Counted from the stretch's first letter, positions 1 through 10,003 are shown. The stretch: 64,000 bases of DNA from a virus (IMGVR_UViG_3300037483_001670:32001-96000), one strand, 5' to 3'. Numbers and translations are program-made. The notes: generated from the sequence alone by a model not told the origin.

Positions 1-291
1 CCTCGCGGCGGCGCTTCCGGTAGTGGGCAAGCGCAGCGTCGCCGAAGGCCACATAGGCATCCTCCCGTTCGGTGTAGAGCTCGCTGTAGGGTTTGGACCC
101 AGGCGGTGCGAAATCGGCCGCATCGCACGCCAGGCAGAGCATCGCCACTCGGTGGAGCGGCTCACGCAGCGCCCGGGGCACGCGTCCGCTGTTTGCGATG
201 TCGGTGACCACCATGTACGCCAGGCGCCGCCCGGACGACACGTCGTCGCCGCCAGCGTGGGCGTCGAGGGCCTTGCGGAGATCGCGCTTGT

Positions 292-522
292 TCATTCGGC
301 CGGCGCGATCGATTGCAGGAGACCCTGGTCGTCGACGATGTACCGCACGCGCACTTTGTCGACGGGACCTTTCGGGTACTCCGACGGGGGAAAGAGCGCG
401 ACCAGCGCGCGCACGGTGGCGTTGCGGTCGCACGGGACTTGTCGGCGGCCGACGTGAAAGGTCGCGACACCGCTGGCCGGGAGGCCGCTGATGCCGTGAA
501 AGATGGCCGTACCTTTGGTCAT
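292..522 (-). CDS. hypothetical protein
   Basis: 76-aa ORF, ATGA-coupled to the upstream minus-strand ORF. Confidence 0.5.
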   Translation of the reverse strand: MTKGTAIFHGISGLPASGVATFHVGRRQVPCDRNATVRALVALFPPSEYPKGPVDKVRVRYIVDDQGLLQSIAPAE

Positions 523-1193
523 GCGTCGGTGCTCCGGTCGTGAAGAGTGGGGTGGCGAGCGCGCAAGACAGCGCGCTCCTCGTCGCTGAGCTCGATGGGC
601 GTGCCGTGAAGCACGATGGCGTTTCCGACGGACCAGGCCTCAATGACGTCCTCGACGATGTGCCGGACGTGTACGTAGATCATGGGCGAGCGAAGGACAG
701 GCGTCGACATCGGGTTGCCGGCGGGCACAGGCAGATCTGGGTTGGGGATCCAGCCCGTGGGAGTGGAGTAACCGTCCTCCGAGAGGATGAGCCCGACGAT
801 GGCGTAGGCGTCGAGCGTGTCGAGAGAAATGGCATCGACGTCCGCGGGCCGAACGTTGGCCCAGCCGTTTTGCAGGAAGTACTCGAGCATCGCGCGCACC
901 TGGGTGTCCGGCTCGATCTCTCGCTCTTCGCGGAGCGCCAGGCACTTCTGGGCCACGATGGTGCCGAGTGCGGTCGGCTCGAGCGTGAGCTTGTCCGCGA
1001 TCTTGCGCAGCGTGAGAAACAGGCTCCGCTGGACGCAGCGCTCGCAACCGATCTCGGCGATGTAGAGGGCGCCGTCGGAGTTGCGCGCGATGCGTTCGCA
1101 GCCCCACCAGCCGCCGCCCACCGGGACGAGCGTGATGCTGCCCGGCTTCCGGGGAACGGCCTGGCCGCAATATTCGCAGGTGACGACGGCCAC
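519..1193 (-). CDS. hypothetical protein with N-terminal CxxC pairs
   Basis: 224-aa ORF; CEYC, CERI..CERC; part of a tight minus-strand run. Confidence 0.65.
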   Translation of the reverse strand: MAVVTCEYCGQAVPRKPGSITLVPVGGGWWGCERIARNSDGALYIAEIGCERCVQRSLFLTLRKIADKLTLEPTALGTIVAQKCLALREEREIEPDTQVRAMLEYFLQNGWANVRPADVDAISLDTLDAYAIVGLILSEDGYSTPTGWIPNPDLPVPAGNPMSTPVLRSPMIYVHVRHIVEDVIEAWSVGNAIVLHGTPIELSDEERAVLRARHPTLHDRSTDA

Positions 1194-1195
1194 GA

Positions 1196-1402
1196 CTAGT
1201 CTTCCTCGATTCTTTCTTCTACGACTTCTTCGTACCCGCGGCCCGATAACACTTCCGGCTTGTACCGCGACAAAGCCACTTCCCTACAATCTTCGCAGAC
1301 GCGGCAAAGTGGAATGCCACGTGCGTCGTTCTCCCACCACGAATTGGACTTGTCGTGCGTCAGCTGGTGGTCAGGCAGATTGGCTTGCGTGACTTTCTCC
1401 AT
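1196..1402 (-). CDS. small hypothetical phage-type protein
   Basis: 68 aa, W(W)ENDARGIPLCRVC..C motif, tight spacing. Confidence 0.6.
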   Translation of the reverse strand: MEKVTQANLPDHQLTHDKSNSWWENDARGIPLCRVCEDCREVALSRYKPEVLSGRGYEEVVEERIEED

Positions 1403-1406
1403 TGGC

Positions 1407-1766
1407 TTATCCGCCGATCAGCTTGTCGAGCATGAGCCGCGAGAACTCGAGATTGTCCATGTTGCCGGTGGTCTTGACGCGGCGCAGGGTGAGGGCGCCA
1501 TCCGCCAAGGTGAGCTCTGTTTTGTACGGCGCATCGGGCGAGGCGCGCATCAGCAGCGAAATGGCCGCGCGCTTCAGCTCGGCGAGGTCGATCTCGACGG
1601 CGAAGTGCACGGGCGTTGTGTCCTGGCGATTCAAGTGCGAGAGCTCGCCGAGCTCGAACTCGACTGTCTCCTTCACGATGTGCGGTGTGCCGATGCTGCT
1701 TTTCATTGGGGTCCCCTTTCGTTGGCGCGGTCTACGTCGGGAAAATGCAGTGGAAGAGATCGCCAC
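1407..1766 (-). CDS. hypothetical protein (true start may be the downstream Met MKSSIG)
   Basis: ORF fits the gap in the minus-strand run. Confidence 0.5.
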   Translation of the reverse strand: MAISSTAFSRRRPRQRKGTPMKSSIGTPHIVKETVEFELGELSHLNRQDTTPVHFAVEIDLAELKRAAISLLMRASPDAPYKTELTLADGALTLRRVKTTGNMDNLEFSRLMLDKLIGG

Positions 1767-1769
1767 GGC

Positions 1770-2480
1770 TTACCCATTGTCGACTTCCACCATCTCCTTG
1801 TAACGTCGTTCCGCCTCGTCCAGCGTCCACCCGGGGCTCGGTTCTTTGGCGGCGTGTTCGAATGAGGCGACGAGCGCCAAAACCTTGGAGGCCTGACACG
1901 GTGTCAGGCAGCGAACGTCGAGGCGCACGGTGCACTCTTCGTCGGAACCGTCTTGATCCTCGCGCGGATCGCACCACACGTGGACGTCGTACTCCTTGCC
2001 GTTGCGCTCCTCGTGGAACGACGCACCATCGCCGGGGACGCTGTGCTGATGATGTTCGGTGATGCCCGCATGGCCGAGCATGCGCGCGAGTCCGGAGGCC
2101 ACCCGAATCCGCGCGACGCGGCGGAGCTCCTTGCTGGCCTTGTCAGCGCGGTCGTCGCGCAGCGCGGGCAGGTACTCGGGTAAGAGCCGGCGCCGGATTT
2201 CGGCAGAGACCTGTTCGGGGGTGGCGCTCGACCGAACGGTGATCTTGCTTTGCGTATGATGGCGATGCGCGTCGAGCTTGCCGACGAGGTAGATGCGGTT
2301 CGGTCCGGCCCATGCATTGTGGGCGTGGAGCACGCTGCCGTTCGGGCCGATGAGGGTGCCCCAGTCCTTTGCGTCGCTGCACGATGCTTCGTCGCCCGAC
2401 GGCGGTTCGTAGCGGTAGTCGCCGAGCGCGGCGGCGACGGCGGTCAGGTACTTGCCGAAGGTGGTGAGCGCGGGCTTCAC
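1770..2480 (-). CDS. hypothetical protein
   Basis: GTG start at 2480 overlaps the stop of the DUF3560 gene (GTGA coupling); 3' part of listed ORF 1770..2894. Confidence 0.6.
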   Translation of the reverse strand: MKPALTTFGKYLTAVAAALGDYRYEPPSGDEASCSDAKDWGTLIGPNGSVLHAHNAWAGPNRIYLVGKLDAHRHHTQSKITVRSSATPEQVSAEIRRRLLPEYLPALRDDRADKASKELRRVARIRVASGLARMLGHAGITEHHQHSVPGDGASFHEERNGKEYDVHVWCDPREDQDGSDEECTVRLDVRCLTPCQASKVLALVASFEHAAKEPSPGWTLDEAERRYKEMVEVDNG

Positions 2481-3307
2481 GACGACGGTACCGTGGTGCC
2501 CGCGACCTTCTTCGCGATCTCGCGGGCGTAGTACAGTGCCCCGGCGCTGGTGTGTCGCTGCCAGGCGCCTTCGGTCGGGGACCAACGAAAGCCGCTTGAC
2601 TTGAGCTCGCGACGGATGGGTTCGGCGGGCTTGCCGGGGAAATAGATGCGGATCCGGTTTTCGCTCTCTTCGATGCGGATGTCGCCGAAGTGTTCCGGCG
2701 CGATGGCGGGCCTCGCGGCGGCCGCCTCGAGCTGCGTGATCCGCTGCTGGACGCGCCGGATATTGGCGCTGAGGTTCGAGAACTCGTAGTCCGCGATCCC
2801 GATGCGCCCGCAAATGTCGGGCTTGACTTGGCTCGTGGCGTTCGGCTCGGAGAGGCCCATGTCGACGAGGCCCTTGATCGCGATCGGCTCCCACGGCTCG
2901 CCTGAGTTCTTGGCGTGCCGCTGGGCCGTACGGATGGTGACGTTGATCTCCTTGTACCGTGCGCGAATCTCCTCGAGCTCGGTAACCTTCGTCTTCAGCT
3001 TCACGACCGCTTCGGGATCGTCGCTCGAGATGGCGTCGTTGGTTGCGGCGGCCTCGGCGCGCCGCTCGAGCTCGTCGGCTGCCTTCAGCGCGGCGAAGCC
3101 CTTGCCGAGGTTCGTGTGGATGCGCTCGATGTCGCGTCGGTGGCGGCGCTCGCTGTGGTGCCCGACCAAGATCGGCTGGCCCAGCGGGATCACGTTGGAG
3201 ATGGCGTCGGCGGCCCCGATGCGTCGTTCCCCCTCGGCGCGCACTTTGACGGCACGGGTCTGGAGTCGCACAACCCTGTCGGCTTTGCGTTCAGCGTACG
3301 GTTTCAT
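2477..3307 (-). CDS. DUF3560 domain protein
   Basis: Signature IPLGQPILVGHHSERRHRRDIER; C-terminal RIRIYFPGKP..RRELKSSGFRWSPTEGAWQR; AAGGAG SD upstream. Confidence 0.85.
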   Translation of the reverse strand: MKPYAERKADRVVRLQTRAVKVRAEGERRIGAADAISNVIPLGQPILVGHHSERRHRRDIERIHTNLGKGFAALKAADELERRAEAAATNDAISSDDPEAVVKLKTKVTELEEIRARYKEINVTIRTAQRHAKNSGEPWEPIAIKGLVDMGLSEPNATSQVKPDICGRIGIADYEFSNLSANIRRVQQRITQLEAAAARPAIAPEHFGDIRIEESENRIRIYFPGKPAEPIRRELKSSGFRWSPTEGAWQRHTSAGALYYAREIAKKVAGTTVPSS

Positions 3308-3339
3308 TGTCTGGCCTGATCTCCTTCACTTTAGACGAT

Positions 3340-3353
3340 GTTACGTTCGTAAC
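3340..3353. promoter_or_regulatory. palindromic operator-like motif (site 1)
   Basis: GTTACG-TT-CGTAAC in an AT-rich gap upstream of the DUF3560 gene. Confidence 0.6.
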
Positions 3354-3364
3354 GGTACAATTTT

Positions 3365-3607
3365 TTACCTGGCCCGATTGCTGAGCTCTTCCAGTACCAT
3401 CGGTGTGACTTGGTACTCGTAGGCGGCGTTCGCTTCTCCCTCGGCGCCGCGACGGGCTCTACGTTGCAGGAGGCCTCTCGTGTGCAAGCTGGCGAGCGTG
3501 ACCCGTTCGCCGGAGCTGGCGGCCCGGTGCCATGTCGCGCGGCGAGTGGCGCCGTAGACCGTGGCGAGCGCGCCGAGCTGGAGCTTGGTTAGGGTCGGTC
3601 GGCTCAT
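3365..3607 (-). CDS. small wHTH-like hypothetical protein
   Basis: 80 aa; ..VTLASLHTRGLLQRR..YEYQVT resembles a wHTH helix plus wing. Confidence 0.5.
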   Translation of the reverse strand: MSRPTLTKLQLGALATVYGATRRATWHRAASSGERVTLASLHTRGLLQRRARRGAEGEANAAYEYQVTPMVLEELSNRAR

Positions 3608-3948
3608 TCGCTGACCTCGTAGCTTTCGACCCGCCCGACGTACGTGAAAGCCTCACCTGACTTGTTAGTGCATCGCTCTTTGGCCGTTCCGTCGGCATAC
3701 GCTCGGGCTGCCGCCTCGGTCGTGAAGGCCTTGGACCAGTTCCAGACTCCCGTTGCCTGATCGACAACGAAGCCGACGTGAATTACGTCAGCTCGCGAGA
3801 GCGCCGACGTCACGCAGAGCTTTCCTGCATCGTCGAGAGCATGATCGTTGATCGCTTCCTGAAGGACGCCGGTATCGAGCACGTGATCGACGACGTCGAA
3901 AGCCGCTTCGTCGTCTCCTTCGATCTCCAATTGGACCAGGACTTTCAT
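3604..3948 (-). CDS. hypothetical protein
   Basis: ATG at 3948 (MKVLVQLEIEG), coupled to both neighbours. Confidence 0.55.
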   Translation of the reverse strand: MKVLVQLEIEGDDEAAFDVVDHVLDTGVLQEAINDHALDDAGKLCVTSALSRADVIHVGFVVDQATGVWNWSKAFTTEAAARAYADGTAKERCTNKSGEAFTYVGRVESYEVSE

Positions 3949-4229
3949 GGGCGGCCTCCGTTGAGCGTGTAGACGAGCGTGTCGCGTAAGAGCTTCAGGA
4001 CGCGCGACCAGTCCGCGCGGGGAACCGGATCGCCGCGCACGGGCAACCAGCGGCGAATCTCGAACTCTCCGCCGGTCCGAGGCCATTGACCGCGCGCCAG
4101 GGCGTAGCGAGCCTCGCCGGTCTCGTCGGTCGGAGTGGCCGTGCGGAGCAGGGTGACCACGCGCGTCGTCGGGTCGTAGTCGACCTCCCAGATGTAGCCG
4201 GAGATCTGTGCGTAGGCTTGTTGGCTCAT
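3945..4229 (-). CDS. hypothetical protein
   Basis: 94-aa ORF with overlapping start/stop coupling. Confidence 0.55.
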   Translation of the reverse strand: MSQQAYAQISGYIWEVDYDPTTRVVTLLRTATPTDETGEARYALARGQWPRTGGEFEIRRWLPVRGDPVPRADWSRVLKLLRDTLVYTLNGGRP

Positions 4230-4804
4230 TCTTGCTTTTCCCTGTAACTAGCGCCCGAGATGACCCTGCGGACGCACCGTCTCGAAATGTCGAATAGTCG
4301 CGCAAGTTGAGAAACGCTTTCGCCGTCGGCAGCGAGATCGCGCACGCGTCGCGCCGATCGGGTTGTAAGTTTGGCGTTGTGGTTGCGGGCTCCACCGTCA
4401 GATCGTTGGCGGCGATTGGCTGCCTGTTCGCGCGGGGTGGCCCATCGGCAATTAGCAGGCGAATATCCACGATCGTTCTTTTCCCGTTCAAGTGTCTTGC
4501 CGTGTGGGCGTGATCCCATGTCACTCAGAAAGCGCGGGAAGCCGCCTGGACGACGCCATCGAACACAGACGGTGATGCCTCGCGCACCGTATCGGCGATA
4601 CTCTGGAAAGCGCTCGTTAAAGCACCTGGCTAGCATCATGTGCCAAGAGTTCCATTCGCGCGGGTGCGTCGTTCTTGTGGCGATCAGCGAGGAGTCTCCA
4701 CGATTTGGCCGGACACCACGTCTACGAAGCCGACAAGCAGGTACCGCCAATTGATTCTTGTTCGCGTGTCGGGTAGTCGATCGGGTGGTGTTTTGATGGT
4801 GCAA
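4226..4804 (-). CDS. HNH homing-endonuclease-like protein with C-terminal HTH (start uncertain)
   Basis: W..M..RC....YRRYGARGITVCVRW..F..F..DMG.RP.G.TLER..NDRGYSP.NCRWAT..EQ..N; C-terminal NAKLT..LARLFDIS. Confidence 0.8.
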   Translation of the reverse strand: MHHQNTTRSTTRHANKNQLAVPACRLRRRGVRPNRGDSSLIATRTTHPREWNSWHMMLARCFNERFPEYRRYGARGITVCVRWRRPGGFPRFLSDMGSRPHGKTLEREKNDRGYSPANCRWATPREQAANRRQRSDGGARNHNAKLTTRSARRVRDLAADGESVSQLARLFDISRRCVRRVISGASYREKQE

Positions 4805-4950
4805 AGCGCGCCGTACTTGAGAAATTGCAATTGCCCCATGTCAGCGTGGCCGAGGTCGTGGCACTGGTACGCGGCCCACGTTCCACCTCGTTCGCGCATC
4901 TTGGCGAGCGACTCCGGGTGAACGGCGCTGTCGCCGAGGAGCTGGTTCAT
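4684..4950 (-). CDS. hypothetical protein
   Basis: 88 aa; overlaps the 5' part of the HNH ORF. Confidence 0.5.
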   Translation of the reverse strand: MNQLLGDSAVHPESLAKMRERGGTWAAYQCHDLGHADMGQLQFLKYGALCTIKTPPDRLPDTRTRINWRYLLVGFVDVVSGQIVETPR

Positions 4951-5378
4951 GGCTTGACCTTTCGTCCGATGGCGACCGCGCCGTAGAGCTTGGCGAGCCG
5001 GCCGCCCTTGGTGGTGCGGGCCTCGACGCAGAGCGCGCCTAGTTTCTGGAGTACGATCACGATGTCGAAGGTTTCGGCCTCGACCTGGTCGCGGCCGAGC
5101 TCGCCGGGCGCGAACTGGTATTCGAGCCGGATGTGGCTGCCAGGGGCAGCGGGGCCCGGGTACGGTTCACCGTTGAGCAGCACGACCATGGGAAAGTCCT
5201 TTCTCGTCTTGGATGTTGCGGTGCCATCGGCGGAGCGCGCGGTAGCGGGAACGGATCGCAAAGTCGTTGTCGTTTTGAGGCGCTGCCACGACGAGGCGGC
5301 GCGCTGGTCGCTGGCCTATGCGCAGCGCTGTCGGCCAGCAATACGACCAACAGAGGAGCTTGCCGGCAACGAGGCGTT

Positions 5379-5771
5379 TCACGGCTTGTCCAGATCGGGC
5401 GAGCTGTCGCGCGCTTTCAGCTGCGCGGTGTGGTGCGGGCAAAGCCATTGAGGGCTCTTGCGCTCGTCGCGCACCGGACGGCCCTCCTTGTCGCGTAGCT
5501 GGGTGAACCCCGCGCGCTGTGCGTTGCGGTAGGCCTCGGATTTGCGCGGTGCCGGGTCGCTGCTCGTCCCGCATAGCGTGCACCGAACCTGATGGTTCTC
5601 CGGTTCCTCGAGCGGTGCGGAGGGTTCGGCGCGCTGGGTTCGACCGCTCGACGGGAACTTGGTCGCGAGCTGGTTGTTCCACTTGTGGTAGCGGGTCGCG
5701 AAGCCCTCGAGCGTTTCGCCGTCGCGACGCGGGCCGACCAGGTTGGTGTCGGGGGGAATGCTTTTCGTCAT
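5379..5771 (-). CDS. hypothetical protein with Zn-binding motifs
   Basis: 130 aa; CTLC ... WLCPHH. Confidence 0.55.
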   Translation of the reverse strand: MTKSIPPDTNLVGPRRDGETLEGFATRYHKWNNQLATKFPSSGRTQRAEPSAPLEEPENHQVRCTLCGTSSDPAPRKSEAYRNAQRAGFTQLRDKEGRPVRDERKSPQWLCPHHTAQLKARDSSPDLDKP

Positions 5772-6265
5772 GAGTCGTCCTTCATCAGGCCAGCGTTGAG
5801 AAATGATGTGTGGCGCCCGTTCGCGCTGACGATGACGTGGTCAACGAGCGGGGTGCCGAGCGCTCCGGCGAGCTTGCGCACGAGGCTCGTCAATTCCTTG
5901 TCTTCCTCGCTCGGGGTCGGATCGCCGGACAGGTGGTTGTGGCCCATGATGAACGCGCTGGCGTTGGCGAGCAGTAGACCTTTCAAGATGTCGCGCGGCG
6001 CGAGGCCGCACGAATGCATGCCTCCGATGGCGACGATCTCGGCGCCGATGAGCACGTTCTGGCCGTTGAGGTAGAGGCACACGACCTTTTCTCGGTCGGC
6101 GTCGTCGAGCAGGGCGTGGAGCACGCGAGCCGCGATCTCGGCCGCCTCGACACGGTAGGGTGGCGATTCGGTTTCACCGGCGCGCACCGGGTAGCTGATT
6201 GTCCGCTCGCGGACGAGCTTGACGCGGTACTGCGGGATCTTCCAGACGGGACCCTTGGGTTTCAT
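5768..6265 (-). CDS. radC: RadC-like JAB-domain protein
   Basis: DREKVVCLYLNGQN..PRDILKGLLLANASAFIMGHNHLSGDPTPSEED..PLVDHVIV; ATG at 6265. Confidence 0.92.
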   Translation of the reverse strand: MKPKGPVWKIPQYRVKLVRERTISYPVRAGETESPPYRVEAAEIAARVLHALLDDADREKVVCLYLNGQNVLIGAEIVAIGGMHSCGLAPRDILKGLLLANASAFIMGHNHLSGDPTPSEEDKELTSLVRKLAGALGTPLVDHVIVSANGRHTSFLNAGLMKDDS

Positions 6266-6549
6266 TTGCTGGGCTCCGGCGCGGGGGCCGCGCAGTTGTT
6301 CGGCGACCAGGTGGGCGCGAGCGTGCGCGGCAGGACGATGACGTGGCCGACCGGGTAGCCGGCTCCACCGATCTGACTGGGCACGGCGGCGACGAGGCGC
6401 ACGCGCATCGACTTGCGGTTCAACTTCACGACCACGGCGCTGGCCCGGTAGTAGCAGTGGGAATTGGTCCACCGCGCCTCGACGACGGCGCCCTCGGCGA
6501 GCTTTTCGTCGAGGCGCACAAGGTCGGAGATCTGGGGTTGAAATTTCAT
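6262..6549 (-). CDS. hypothetical protein (SH3-like beta fold suspected)
   Basis: 95 aa, beta-rich, AVVVKLNRKSMRVRL. Confidence 0.5.
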   Translation of the reverse strand: MKFQPQISDLVRLDEKLAEGAVVEARWTNSHCYYRASAVVVKLNRKSMRVRLVAAVPSQIGGAGYPVGHVIVLPRTLAPTWSPNNCAAPAPEPSK

Positions 6550-6554
6550 GGTGG

Positions 6555-6857
6555 TTATCCGCAGTTGATGGAGCGAGCGTCCTGGGCGAGCTCGGCGACG
6601 AGATCGCCGTCACGGTCGACGTGCGTGCGGTGAGGCACGCCGCTGAAAAACGCTTCGAAGGCGACGTGCTGGTACTTGCGCGCGGCCGGGTGAGACACCG
6701 AGCCGTTGCCGTCCGGGTAAAACGGGCGGAGCGCGTACCACCGGCGCATGCCGCTCGCTGCGTGCAGGTTCAGGCTGACGCCGTCGGCGAACGATGCTTC
6801 GAGCACGCCGTGCTTGTCACGGAAACCAACGAGAGGCGCGACCTTGTTGCTAGCCAT
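6555..6857 (-). CDS. hypothetical protein
   Basis: 100 aa, GGAG SD upstream. Confidence 0.55.
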   Translation of the reverse strand: MASNKVAPLVGFRDKHGVLEASFADGVSLNLHAASGMRRWYALRPFYPDGNGSVSHPAARKYQHVAFEAFFSGVPHRTHVDRDGDLVAELAQDARSINCG

Positions 6858-6870
6858 GGGAGACTCCTTT

Positions 6871-7293
6871 CTACCGTTTGAGACCGCGGAGGGCGTCGAG
6901 CACGCGCAGGACGAGCTGGTAGCGCCGCCACGGGCGCCCGGTGTGGTTCGCCTGAGACGAGATGTTGCGGAGACGCACGACGATTCGCTGAAGTCGAGCG
7001 CGGCGCGCCTTGGTCATCATGTTCGGCACGCGGAGCCGAAACCGGCGTAGCCAGCTCGGCCCGAACTCGTTGCGGACTTGTTGGAGCTCGGCGCTGATCT
7101 CGCCGTCGACTCGAGCGCGCGCGTACGACCAGTCGACCGACAGCTTCGACTTCCACGTGCGCCCGTTGGCGCGCGCGTACGCGATGAGCGCCGCCAGCTG
7201 CGCCGGGTTCGGTTGCTTTGCCACGCCCGCCTTGGCGGCGGCGGGTTTCGGCTCGGTCTTGACGTTGCGCATGCGGGGCCAGCTCATGATCAC
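6871..7293 (-). CDS. hypothetical protein
   Basis: GTG at 7293 coupled to the upstream stop; ALIAYARANGRTWKSKL..W...LQQVRNEFGPSWL. Confidence 0.55.
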   Translation of the reverse strand: MIMSWPRMRNVKTEPKPAAAKAGVAKQPNPAQLAALIAYARANGRTWKSKLSVDWSYARARVDGEISAELQQVRNEFGPSWLRRFRLRVPNMMTKARRARLQRIVVRLRNISSQANHTGRPWRRYQLVLRVLDALRGLKR

Positions 7294-7655
7294 CGTGCCC
7301 GGGCGGCGCCGTACGGAGTCACGCCCTTGACTGCGTCGCTCTCGTAGATGTTGCCGCGGGCACCCTTGGCGGGCCCCTTCCAGCTGGCGGGCTTCAGGAT
7401 GTTGCCGTTCGTCGTGTCGACGAAACAGTAGCAGCACCCGCGGCCGTGCTCCTTGAGTCCTTGCTCCGTGTTTTTCCACACGCGCACGTAGCGCTTGCCC
7501 ATCTCGGGCTTCAGCACCTCGCGCGGAATGTTTGGGAAGTTGCGGGTGCGGTGCGCGTCGATCATGGCTTGCGCCTGCTCGAGGAACTTGGCGAGGGCCG
7601 CCTCGAAGTCTTGGGTCGGGGCGGTCGAGACGGTCGGCTCGGTCGCGTCGTTCAT
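7290..7655 (-). CDS. conserved small phage protein
   Basis: FVDTTNGNILKPASWKGPAKGARGNI, a motif I recall from an uncharacterised phage family. Confidence 0.7.
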   Translation of the reverse strand: MNDATEPTVSTAPTQDFEAALAKFLEQAQAMIDAHRTRNFPNIPREVLKPEMGKRYVRVWKNTEQGLKEHGRGCCYCFVDTTNGNILKPASWKGPAKGARGNIYESDAVKGVTPYGAARAR

Positions 7656-8164
7656 GGTTGGGTCACCTCCGGTTCGGGTTGATCGTTGGCTTGCGGCACG
7701 TCGAGGCCGGCCGCGATGGCGAGCATTTGCAACCCGACGAGAGCGCCCCAGCTTGGGGCCCAGATCATGTCGGGCGTGGTCGGCGGGTGCTTGTCGCGCC
7801 ACGCGTAGAACTCGCCGAGGAGAACCGCGGCAGCGTGGGTCGATACCCACAGACTCTCGGCGTTGCCCCACGTGCCTTTACGGGAGGAGAGATCGCCGCC
7901 TTCGGTGAGCTCGCCGGCCGCGTTGAATGCGTGCGTGCGGATGAGCGCGGGGAGGGCGAAGGGTTGCGCGATCGGTGCGAGCCTTCGGTCGTAGTCGCCC
8001 GCGTAGTTCGTCATCCGCGAGATCTGCGAGCGCGTGTCTTCCGACAGCAGCACGTAGCGGCGCACCTTCACGGTGTCGCGCGGAACGCGAATCTCGGCGA
8101 CGAGTACCGGGGCCGGCACGGTGCACGAGTCAATGATCGCAATGCAATGCACTTTGATCTTCAT
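7652..8164 (-). CDS. hypothetical protein
   Basis: 170-aa ORF coupled to the downstream gene. Confidence 0.55.
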   Translation of the reverse strand: MKIKVHCIAIIDSCTVPAPVLVAEIRVPRDTVKVRRYVLLSEDTRSQISRMTNYAGDYDRRLAPIAQPFALPALIRTHAFNAAGELTEGGDLSSRKGTWGNAESLWVSTHAAAVLLGEFYAWRDKHPPTTPDMIWAPSWGALVGLQMLAIAAGLDVPQANDQPEPEVTQP

Positions 8165-8249
8165 GAGTTGTCCTCCGTGTAGACGGTCGGTTCGGGAGCG
8201 ACGTACGAGGCCACGGAGAACGTGCCATCGACGCGGTCAGTGCAATATC

Positions 8250-8810
8250 TCACGGGTGGTTCTCCCAGACCTTGGCGGTCGCCAGGTCGATCACGAAGCC
8301 GAACTCCGCACGCGTTTCGTACTGCGCGGCGGTGAGGAGAAAGTAGCGTTCGGTGTCGCGCTTGGTGCGGTCGCCACCGAGGCAGGCGACGACGCCGACG
8401 TGGTCCTTGGGCACCGCGCCGTGCCAATCGCCCCACGCCGAGGTGACGACGTGGTCGTTCGCATGCGTGGTGTGGAACTCTCGTTCGCGCAGCACGCGGC
8501 TTTCGGCCAGCGTGACCGGGTTCCCGGTGGCCGCGGTGTAGGTGTCGGGGTAGTACTGTTTTGCCGTGTGGTGCGCCTGCTCGACCTCGGCGCTTGTGTA
8601 GAGCGCGTGGAAATTCAGGACGACCTTCGCATACTCGCAATCTTCCTCATACCAGCCGCCTTTCCTGCGGAGCGCGGGGTGCACCGCGGCGTTGCGCGCG
8701 CGGTCGAGTTTGTAGCCGCCGTGGCCCGGCGTGCTGTATTGCCAGATCCCGGGCGCTTTCAGCGTCACGTGGTCGGCTTTGCCGTGGGGTGTGCTTGATC
8801 CGATTTTCAT
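8250..8810 (-). CDS. conserved MGE hypothetical protein (DUF7007-like)
   Basis: STPHGKAD..APGIWQYSTPGHGGYKL..GWYEEDCE; ATG at 8810. Confidence 0.7.
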   Translation of the reverse strand: MKIGSSTPHGKADHVTLKAPGIWQYSTPGHGGYKLDRARNAAVHPALRRKGGWYEEDCEYAKVVLNFHALYTSAEVEQAHHTAKQYYPDTYTAATGNPVTLAESRVLREREFHTTHANDHVVTSAWGDWHGAVPKDHVGVVACLGGDRTKRDTERYFLLTAAQYETRAEFGFVIDLATAKVWENHP

Positions 8811-9150
8811 CTTGATCTCTCCGGAAAAAAGTAGAGCGGAGCCGCTGGCGGTTCTTGCCAGTAGAAAAACGTTTGGCCGTTTTGACGCTCGCCAAGCGCG
8901 AAGCGCGGCGGGGTCGACGGGAGGGGAGCGGACTTCCTGACGCGAACGGGCAGGCCCAAGACGGGGCACGGTTTCGGTTCCTCGGGCAGCCAAGTGCCGA
9001 GGTGTGATGCCAACGTTTGGGCGAGGCCCGCGGCGTAGGATCGGCGGCCCTCGTTGACGCGCGCGTCGGCGCTTCGGAGCTCCGGGCGGTACTGTCGCAA
9101 GTAGATGGCGCCGTCGAGTAGGATGCGCCGGTGGAGCATGGCGGCCTTGT

Positions 9151-9372
9151 TCACGCGGCCCTTCCGCCGCGCATCGGCTGATCGAGCGCTGCCCAGATCA
9201 GGGCAGGATTCCCGCAGAGCGCGCTGCCCTTGCGGTGAGGGTATTTGTACGCGCCGCACCAGCATGGTTTGCCACGCTTGGCGCGCATCCAGCGACACAG
9301 GGGGCGGCCGAGCCGGCACCCTTTCTTGTGCTGGCAGGCGTCGGGTCCGAAGCAAATGGTGGGCCGTTTCAT
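9151..9372 (-). CDS. small Cys-rich protein
   Basis: CWCGAYKYPHRKGSALC; ATG at 9372. Confidence 0.5.
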   Translation of the reverse strand: MKRPTICFGPDACQHKKGCRLGRPLCRWMRAKRGKPCWCGAYKYPHRKGSALCGNPALIWAALDQPMRGGRAA

Positions 9373-9668
9373 CCGCCGACCTGTAGCTCTCGGGAGGGCA
9401 CCACCTCGCCCGTGACGAGGCGCGAGGCCCAGTCCCATGCGCGTGAAAATTCGGTCGTGCTTTCGGAGTAGGTGAGACTTGCGATCTTGCTCGAGAAAAG
9501 AAGCGCGATCGGGTGTCGGTTCAGGGCGTCCGTGCCCTCCCAGCCTTCGGCGCGCGCGATCTCGCGGAGATCGGTCATGACCTGCGAAAACGAGTGGACG
9601 ACGCCGGAGAGGTTGCACGCGTCCTGGACGTCGAGGGCGAGCTGTGCGAGCTGCGTGATCGTTTTCAT
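9369..9668 (-). CDS. conserved phage-type hypothetical protein
   Basis: ALDVQDACNLSGVVHSF..NRHPIALLFSSKIASL; ATG at 9668. Confidence 0.65.
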   Translation of the reverse strand: MKTITQLAQLALDVQDACNLSGVVHSFSQVMTDLREIARAEGWEGTDALNRHPIALLFSSKIASLTYSESTTEFSRAWDWASRLVTGEVVPSRELQVGG

Positions 9669-10003
9669 GAATCGTCCTCCGCGGCGAGCGCCGGCAGATT
9701 GACCCCGAAGAGTCGGAGAATGTTGGCTTCTTCGTTGCTGAGAAGAAGCGCCACCGCGGCGAGCGCGGACTTCGAAGCGTTGAGCCGGCCGTCCGAATCG
9801 ATGATTTCGACGTCGCCGGACTCGAACTGGAGCACCATGCGCGGGCCTCGCCCGATGCCGGCGCCGATGAAAGCGGCGACACTTTGCGGGGTGGCGAATG
9901 TGCGGACCCGCCACCCGTACGCGTACCTGCTGACTTTGGGCGGAGGGACGGCCTCGTACGAGTACCCGCCCGACCTGATGCCCTTGAATCCCGTGTGAGC
10001 CAT
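9665..10003 (-). CDS. hypothetical protein
   Basis: ATG at 10003, coupled to the downstream gene. Confidence 0.5.
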   Translation of the reverse strand: MAHTGFKGIRSGGYSYEAVPPPKVSRYAYGWRVRTFATPQSVAAFIGAGIGRGPRMVLQFESGDVEIIDSDGRLNASKSALAAVALLLSNEEANILRLFGVNLPALAAEDDS